DNA of 64,000 bases from an uncultured delta proteobacterium (GTDB lineage Bacteria; Desulfobacterota; BSN033; UBA1163): NCBI GenBank assembly GCA_963827685.1, contig CAWHBU010000002.1, positions 416,001-480,000 of the forward strand, in the 5' to 3' direction. A program made the position numbers and the translations under genes. How positions within the stretch are numbered: the first letter of the stretch is position 1; every line of letters starts with the position of its first letter. Shown here piece after piece: positions 57,815-64,000 of the stretch. The notes beneath the pieces were generated by a model that was not told the DNA's origin, did not search any database, and worked only from the letters and a program-made list of their open reading frames with translations.

Positions 57815-60616
57815 ATGGATTATCGTCATACATTGAATCTCCCAAAAACCGACTTCCCTATGAAGGCCAATTTAGCGAAGAGGGAACCGGATATCCTGAA
57901 GGCCTGGGAGGCAAATGGAACTTACCGCCAATTAAGCCAGCAGGCGAAAGGGAAACCGAAATATATCCTCCACGATGGTCCTCCCTACGCCAATGGAAAC
58001 ATTCACATCGGGACCGCCTTGAATAAAATCCTCAAGGACTTCATTGTTAAATCGAAGTTCATGACAGGGTTTGATAGCCATTATGTTCCAGGATGGGACT
58101 GCCATGGATTGCCCGTTGAACACGAGGTGGAAAAGAGCCTCGGTTCGAAGAAAGGAAAACTCTCCATCGTTGAAATCCGGAGAAGATGCCGCGATTACGC
58201 AGCCAAATTTGTGGGAATTCAGAGAGAGGAATTCAAACGCCTTGGGGTTTTTGGGGAGTGGGAGAATCCCTATCTGACCATGAATTTTGAATATCAGGCA
58301 ACGATTGTGCGAGAGTTCGGAAAGTTTCTTATGGATGGTTCGGTTTACAAAGGAAAGAAACCCGTCTACTGGTGCCCCACTTGCAAAACGGCATTGGCTG
58401 AGGCAGAGGTGAAATACGAAGATCTCCGTTCCTCCTCCATCTATGTGAAATTTAAAATGGTCTCCACCCCCTCCCACCTCGAAGGGGAGGGTAAGGGTGG
58501 GGGGGATATCGGGGATGTCTTTCCCAGTCTTAAAGGGAAACCTGTCTCTGTCATTATCTGGACAACCACTCCCTGGACGATCCCAGCCAATTTAGCGATT
58601 GCACTCCATCCAGATTTCACCTATGTGGCAGTGGACGTAGGTGGTGAGATCTATATCCTGGCAGAGGGCCTCTTGGAAGAGGTGATGAAGAAATTCGGGA
58701 TCAAGAAATATAAGGTATTGGAAAAATTTGCAGGGAAGAGATTAGAAGGACTCAAAGCGCGCCATCCCTTCCTCGACCGGGACTCCTTCATCATTCTCGC
58801 CTCCTACGTAACCTTAGATGCCGGAACAGGATGTGTTCATACAGCACCAGGGCACGGTCAGGAGGACTATGAAAGTGGAGTTCAATATGGTCTGGAGGTC
58901 TACAGCCCGGTCGATGATGATGGCCGCTTTACCAAGGATGTTCTTTTCTTTGCAGGACAGTTCGTTTTTGATGCGAATGATGCTGTGAATAAGAAGCTTG
59001 CCGAGGTTGGAGCGCTCCTCAAGGAAGAGATGATGGTGCATTCCTATCCCCATTGCTGGCGGACCAATGACCCGATCATCTTTCGAGCCACAGAGCAATG
59101 GTTCATTTCGATGGATAAGAAGGGATTGAGACAGAATGCCCTGAAAGCCATCGGTGAAGTAACCTGGATTCCTCCCTGGGGAAGGGATCGGATCTACGGG
59201 ATGATTGAGAACCGACCTGATTGGTGTGTCTCCAGACAGAGGGCCTGGGGGATTCCCATTACCGTCTTTTACTGTTCCGCCTGCAAACAACCCCTGGTCA
59301 GTCAGGAAACCATTGATCATATCGTCCGCCTTTTTGAGGTGAAGGGAGCGGACATCTGGTTTGAAGAAGGAACGAATCACCTTTTGCCTAAAGGAACCCA
59401 ATGTGCGCAATGCGGGGGAAAAGATTTTACAAAGGAGATGGACATACTGGATGTCTGGTTTGACTCAGGAGTTTCCTATGCAGCCGTCCTTGAGAAAAGG
59501 AAGGACCTTGTCTTTCCAGCCAGTCTCTATCTGGAAGGAAGTGATCAACACCGGGGATGGTTCCATAGTTCTCTTCTAACTTCGGTCGGGACGAGGGGTC
59601 GTGCCCCTTATCTTTCCGTCCTCACCCATGGGTTTGTCGTGGACGGAGAGGGGAAAAAGATGTCCAAGTCAGCGGGGAATGTGATTGCACCCGAAGAAGT
59701 CATCAATCAATTGGGAGCCGATGTCCTGAGACTCTGGGTAGCGGCAGAGGATTACAAGGATGACATTAAGATCTCCAACGAGATCCTGAAACGGCTGGCC
59801 GATAGCTACTTTCGTATCCGAAACACCTTCCGCTTTCTATTAGGAAATCTCTACGACTTCGATCCCGAGAAAGATCGAATCCCCTATCACGAACTCCATG
59901 AGATGGACCGATGGGCTCTCCATCAGCTTCAAAAACTTATCGCCAGAATTTGCGAGGCTTATGAGCGTTTCGAGTTCCACACGGTCTACCATAGTGTTCA
60001 GAATTTTTGTGCCGTGGAGATGAGTGCTCTCTATTTTGATATCTTGAAGGATCGACTTTATACATTTTCATCCCGGTCTCGTGGTCGTAAATCGGCTCAG
60101 ACCGCCCTTTATGAGATTTTGGAAGCCCTGACCCGCCTCATGGCTCCTATTCTTTCTTTCACTGCGGAAGAAGTTTGGAAATACCTTCCTCAAGAGCCGG
60201 GGAAAGCGGGAAGTGTTCATCTCACATCGTTTCCTGAAGTGAAAAGTGAATATTTGGACGATGCCTTGAACGAGCGATGGGAGAAGATCTGGGAAATCCG
60301 GGCGATCGTGACGAAAGTCTTGGAAGAGGCCCGGAAGGAGAAGGTGATCGGACTTTCGTTAGATGCACAGGTCCACCTCCATCTTCCTGAAGAGGTCTTT
60401 TCATTTCTTGAACGCTATGAGAAGGATCTGAAGTCAATCTTTATTGTCTCCTCGGTCACCCTTCATCAAATCAAGGATAAAAAAGAGGTGAGGGCGGAAG
60501 TACTCCGGGCAGATGGTAAAAAGTGTGAAAGATGCTGGAACTATGATGTGAGTGTGGGGCACTATCCAGAGCATCAAGCCATCTGCGATAGGTGTGTGGA
60601 GGTAATCCAGAAATAA
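57815..60616 (+). CDS. ileS: Isoleucyl-tRNA synthetase (type 1)
   Basis: HDGPPYANGNIHIGT, WTTTPWT, KMSKS, C-terminal CERCW...CDRC. Confidence 0.99.
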   Translation: MDYRHTLNLPKTDFPMKANLAKREPDILKAWEANGTYRQLSQQAKGKPKYILHDGPPYANGNIHIGTALNKILKDFIVKSKFMTGFDSHYVPGWDCHGLPVEHEVEKSLGSKKGKLSIVEIRRRCRDYAAKFVGIQREEFKRLGVFGEWENPYLTMNFEYQATIVREFGKFLMDGSVYKGKKPVYWCPTCKTALAEAEVKYEDLRSSSIYVKFKMVSTPSHLEGEGKGGGDIGDVFPSLKGKPVSVIIWTTTPWTIPANLAIALHPDFTYVAVDVGGEIYILAEGLLEEVMKKFGIKKYKVLEKFAGKRLEGLKARHPFLDRDSFIILASYVTLDAGTGCVHTAPGHGQEDYESGVQYGLEVYSPVDDDGRFTKDVLFFAGQFVFDANDAVNKKLAEVGALLKEEMMVHSYPHCWRTNDPIIFRATEQWFISMDKKGLRQNALKAIGEVTWIPPWGRDRIYGMIENRPDWCVSRQRAWGIPITVFYCSACKQPLVSQETIDHIVRLFEVKGADIWFEEGTNHLLPKGTQCAQCGGKDFTKEMDILDVWFDSGVSYAAVLEKRKDLVFPASLYLEGSDQHRGWFHSSLLTSVGTRGRAPYLSVLTHGFVVDGEGKKMSKSAGNVIAPEEVINQLGADVLRLWVAAEDYKDDIKISNEILKRLADSYFRIRNTFRFLLGNLYDFDPEKDRIPYHELHEMDRWALHQLQKLIARICEAYERFEFHTVYHSVQNFCAVEMSALYFDILKDRLYTFSSRSRGRKSAQTALYEILEALTRLMAPILSFTAEEVWKYLPQEPGKAGSVHLTSFPEVKSEYLDDALNERWEKIWEIRAIVTKVLEEARKEKVIGLSLDAQVHLHLPEEVFSFLERYEKDLKSIFIVSSVTLHQIKDKKEVRAEVLRADGKKCERCWNYDVSVGHYPEHQAICDRCVEVIQK

Positions 60617-60620
60617 CCAC

Positions 60621-60750
60621 GAAATCCCAAGCACCAAATAACAAACAAATTCCAATGTTCAAAATTCAAAATCTCAAACAAAGTCTTTTTGATTTTTTGT
60701 AAATTGGTGATTGAAATTTATTTGGGACTTGGGATTTGGAATTTGGGACT
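60621..60750. repeat. Heptamer-rich palindromic intergenic element
   Basis: AAATCCCAAGCACCAAAT... pairs with ATTTGGGACTTGGGATTT; related copy at 61296-61421. Confidence 0.65.
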
Positions 60751-60809
60751 TAAGATGGGAAATTACGAAACAAATTTTAATTCCGAATGGGTTCGTCGTT
60801 AGCGTGGAC

Positions 60810-61322
60810 ATGAAACGAAAATATTGGATTCTTTTGATTTTCTTTTTTGGGATTCTTTTGTTAGATCAATGGACTAAATATATGGTTGTACAGAAGTTAC
60901 CTCTCTATCAAAGGGTGGAGGTGATCCAAGGATTTTTCAATCTCACCCATGTCAGGAATACGGGCGGTGCCTTTGGAATATTTGGAGGAGAGAAGGGTGG
61001 ACTCAGTTCCGCGCTCTTTGTGGTCGTCTCCCTGATCGCCGTTGGCGCCATTATCTTTTTCTTCGCTAAAGTCAAGGAGAGTGAGAAAATCCTTGCTCTC
61101 TCATTTTCTCTCATTCTGAGCGGTGCGATTGGAAATCTCATTGACCGTCTCCGATACGGGGAGGTTGTAGATTTCCTCGACTTTCATCTATCTACCTACC
61201 ATTGGCCTGCCTTCAATATTGCAGATTCTGCCATCTGTATCGGTATCGGTTTGATGGCCTTAGAGGTATTGATCAGGGATCGTAAGAAAAGCACCAAGTC
61301 CCAAGCACCAAATCCCAAATAA
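60810..61322 (+). CDS. lspA: Signal peptidase II
   Basis: DQWTK, NTGGAFG, GAIGNLIDR, VVDF, FNIADS. Confidence 0.97.
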   Translation: MKRKYWILLIFFFGILLLDQWTKYMVVQKLPLYQRVEVIQGFFNLTHVRNTGGAFGIFGGEKGGLSSALFVVVSLIAVGAIIFFFAKVKESEKILALSFSLILSGAIGNLIDRLRYGEVVDFLDFHLSTYHWPAFNIADSAICIGIGLMALEVLIRDRKKSTKSQAPNPK

Positions 61323-61461
61323 ATTCCAATGAACCAAATCCCAAATACGAAAAAATATTTTGGTCATTGTAAATTGGACCTTGGGAGTTATTTGTAATTT
61401 GAGATTTGGAATTTGGGATTTATACTCATAACTCATAACTCTAAACTCATAACTCCAAAAG

Positions 61462-62232
61462 ATGTACCCCATCCTGTTTCAGTTCGGCAGTCTCCATATT
61501 TACGCATACGGGTTCTTTATCGTTGTGGGCTTTGCCACAGCAGTGGTTCTTGCGGCCCTGAAAATTCGAAAATCAAATAGTGGGGTTTCTTTTGGAAATA
61601 TCGTGGACCTCTTCTTCTACACGGTCCTGTCAAGTTTTATTGGATCGAGATTACTGTTTGTATTAATCAATTTCGATGTTTATCGTCAACATCCCGCGCA
61701 GATATTCAAAATATGGGAAGGAGGATTGGTCTTTTATGGAGGACTTGCCCTGGCCGTCATGGTTGCCTTCTGGTATATGAAGTGGCACCGATTGCCCATC
61801 TGGAAATTGGCTGATCTTATTTCGCCTCTGATTGCTCTGGGCCTCTCTTTTGGCAGGATAGGCTGCTTTTTCGCGGGGTGTTGCTATGGAAAAGAGACCT
61901 CCCTTCCATGGGCGGTGGTCTTTAAGAATTCGGACTCGTTGGCCAGGTTGAATATTCCCCTTCATCCCACCCAGCTCTACGATGCGGTCAATGGCTTAGC
62001 CATCTTCTTCTTTCTAAGCTGGATGGAAAAGAGGAAGACTTTCGACGGCCAAATCTTCTGGCTCTTCCTCTTCCTCTATGCCACCACACGTTTTTTCATT
62101 GAAATATTTAGAGGCGACCCGAGGGGATTTCTATTCGGAGATCTGCTTTCTACCTCCCAGGCGATAGGTATCCTGTTGACCATTTTCTCTCTTTTTATGT
62201 TATTCTATATAAAGAAACGGTATCGGAGATAG
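61462..62232 (+). CDS. lgt: Prolipoprotein diacylglyceryl transferase
   Basis: WEGGLVFYGG, GRIGCFFAGCCYG, HPTQLY. Confidence 0.96.
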   Translation: MYPILFQFGSLHIYAYGFFIVVGFATAVVLAALKIRKSNSGVSFGNIVDLFFYTVLSSFIGSRLLFVLINFDVYRQHPAQIFKIWEGGLVFYGGLALAVMVAFWYMKWHRLPIWKLADLISPLIALGLSFGRIGCFFAGCCYGKETSLPWAVVFKNSDSLARLNIPLHPTQLYDAVNGLAIFFFLSWMEKRKTFDGQIFWLFLFLYATTRFFIEIFRGDPRGFLFGDLLSTSQAIGILLTIFSLFMLFYIKKRYRR

Positions 62233-62236
62233 AAAG

Positions 62237-62752
62237 ATGGCTGTTCTTGAAATTCTCAAATATCCTCATCCCGTTTTGAAGAAACGCTCTCAGGCAGTGA
62301 GCCAGATTGATGAGGAAGTGCAAAAGTTGATTCAGGACATGAGGGAGACCATGTACGGGGCGGGTGGAATCGGATTGGCCGCCTGTCAGGTCGGAGTTCC
62401 CCGAAGAGTGATCGTTCTCGATGTCAGTCCAATGGATCCCCAGCACAGTTTCTTCGCGCTTGTCAACCCCGAAATCATCTCTGAAGAAGGTGAAATCGAC
62501 CATGAGGAAGGATGTTTGAGTGTCCCCGATTGCCTGGAAAAAGTGAAAAGGAAAGAAAAGGTCTGTGTGAAAGGGTTGTCTCCACAAGGAATGGAAATAG
62601 AGATCAAGGGAGATGGCATATTGGCGATTGCGCTTCAGCATGAGATTGATCACGTCAATGGCATTCTTATATTGGATAGGGTGAGTCGGCTGAAGAGAGA
62701 AATTTATCGGAATAAATTGAAAAAAGGAAAGCGTAAGGAAGAAAAAAGTTGA
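62237..62752 (+). CDS. def: Peptide deformylase
   Basis: GIGLAACQ, EGCLS, QHEIDH. Confidence 0.97.
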   Translation: MAVLEILKYPHPVLKKRSQAVSQIDEEVQKLIQDMRETMYGAGGIGLAACQVGVPRRVIVLDVSPMDPQHSFFALVNPEIISEEGEIDHEEGCLSVPDCLEKVKRKEKVCVKGLSPQGMEIEIKGDGILAIALQHEIDHVNGILILDRVSRLKREIYRNKLKKGKRKEEKS

Positions 62753-63693
62753 GCGCATCCCCCTGGCGGATCGTTTTCTTTGGGACACCCTCCTTTGCAC
62801 TCCCGACCTTGCAATTCCTTTTGGAGGGACCTGATACAGTGGTCGGTGCCGTCACTCAGCCAGACAGGGAAAAGGGAAGGGGAAGAAAAATTGTTATTTC
62901 TCCTGTGAAGGAACTTGCTCTTGAGCATGGTCTCACCCCTCTTCAGCCTGAGAAAGCGAAGGAGGAAGCCTTTCAGAGAGCCTTGAGAGATCTTCAACCG
63001 GATGTCATTGTTGTGGTGGCCTATGGTCAGATTTTGCCAAAGTCCGTCTTAAACATTCCCAAATATGGAGCAGTAAATGTCCATGCCTCTTTGCTTCCCA
63101 AATATCGGGGGGCCGCTCCCATTGCCTGGGCGATTTTGAAGGGGGAGAAAGTGACAGGAGTGACAACAATGCTCTTGGACGAAGGCATGGATACAGGAGA
63201 CATCCTTTTACACACGGAGGTTCCCATTGGTGATGAGGAGACGTGTGAAAGGCTCCATGATCGGTTGGCCTCCTCAGGAGCTCAATTGCTGTTAAAGACT
63301 TTAGAGAAAATGAAGGCGGAAAATATTCGGCCCATTTCACAGGATCATTCAAAAGCGACCTATGCCCCTCCTCTTAAAAAAGAAGATGGACACATTGATT
63401 GGAAGAAGGAAGCCAAGGAGATTGATCGTCAGGTCCGTGCCTTCAATCCATGGCCTGGTGCCTTTACGAAATGGGGTGACCAGTTACTCAAAATTTATAG
63501 AGGTGCAATAAGGGAAAGGGCGTCCGCAGGAAAGGCAGGAGCTGTGGTCTGGATGGGATCGGATTTCATAGAAGTGGAAGCAGGGAAGGATTCTTACCTC
63601 ATCAAAGAAGTCCAATTGGAGGGGAGAAGGAGAATGACCATCCGGGAATTTCTTTCTGGACATCCCATATCTGTGGGGACAGTCTTTCATTGA
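62749..63693 (+). CDS. fmt: Methionyl-tRNA formyltransferase
   Basis: FFGTPSF, TQPDR, HASLLPKYRGAAP, MDTGD. Confidence 0.97.
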   Translation: MSASPWRIVFFGTPSFALPTLQFLLEGPDTVVGAVTQPDREKGRGRKIVISPVKELALEHGLTPLQPEKAKEEAFQRALRDLQPDVIVVVAYGQILPKSVLNIPKYGAVNVHASLLPKYRGAAPIAWAILKGEKVTGVTTMLLDEGMDTGDILLHTEVPIGDEETCERLHDRLASSGAQLLLKTLEKMKAENIRPISQDHSKATYAPPLKKEDGHIDWKKEAKEIDRQVRAFNPWPGAFTKWGDQLLKIYRGAIRERASAGKAGAVVWMGSDFIEVEAGKDSYLIKEVQLEGRRRMTIREFLSGHPISVGTVFH

Positions 63694-63831
63694 ATGGCAG
63701 GTTTTGAGTTAGAAGTTCACAGTTGAGAGTATTAAACCCTTAATCAAACATTCCTAACGCCTGCCTGCGCATAGCCGCTTCGGCGAAGGCAGATGGAATT
63801 CATACAAACGCATTTTATAAATTGACATTCG

Positions 63832-63882
63832 CCCCTCACCCTTCCCCTCTCCCCCATCGGAGGAGAGGGCGGGGTGAGGGGG
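63832..63882. repeat. CCCCTC...GAGGGG palindromic element
   Basis: CCCCTCACCCTTCCCCTCTCC...GGAGAGGGCGGGGTGAGGGG. Confidence 0.75.
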
Positions 63883-63913
63883 AAAGCTGTTATTTCACAA
63901 TCAGATTAGTGAT

Positions 63914-63942
63914 TTGACAAAAAATCGTTTAATGATTATATT
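63914..63942 (+). promoter_or_regulatory. Sigma-70 promoter
   Basis: TTGACA-17-TATATT, followed by RBS AAGGAGG. Confidence 0.8.
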
Positions 63943-63971
63943 TTTAAGCCAAAAAGGAGGGTGAACTATTA

Positions 63972-64000
63972 ATGAATCAATTTAAGACATTCTTTTTGAT
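63972..64000 (+). CDS. Start of next gene (HtpX-like N-terminus, tentative)
   Basis: MNQFKTFFL after a promoter and RBS; only 9 codons visible. Confidence 0.4.

Overview
Bacterial chromosomal window. The gene content (sigma-54 promoters, HEAT/HD-GYP pair, outer-membrane porin, c-di-AMP riboswitch) suggests a Gram-negative anaerobe such as a Desulfobacterota/'Deltaproteobacteria' member; this is inference. Housekeeping genes flank both ends: an EF-G paralog, dtd and an amrB-amrA fusion on the left, and rsmI, ileS-lspA-lgt-def-fmt on the right. Between them lies a ~46 kb accessory region centred on potassium homeostasis: a c-di-AMP riboswitch-led APC-USP-TrkA operon, an AlgB-like sigma-54 regulator, a KinB-like kinase, two kinase-less KdpD proteins (one fused to PTS-EIIA), kdpFABC and a porin. 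The regulator and kinase are separated by ~17 kb of modules. These are punctuated by a 162-bp att-arm-like repeat (3 copies) and by duplicated 3' ends of the regulator gene (2 extra copies with synonymous changes). The cargo includes a DUF4062 protein, TRAP/TAXI transporters, integron cassettes with attC sites but no integrase, and a candidate defence pair (soluble GT51 transglycosylase + nucleotidyltransferase). Also present: a 3.1-kb element encoding two different DDE transposases inside one pair of inverted repeats, three IS630s (one nested in an IS30), MITEs, and palindromic repeats, one apparently inserted in frame in ileS. No CRISPR array, rRNA or intact tRNA was seen. All calls come from motif recognition by eye; no database searches were run.
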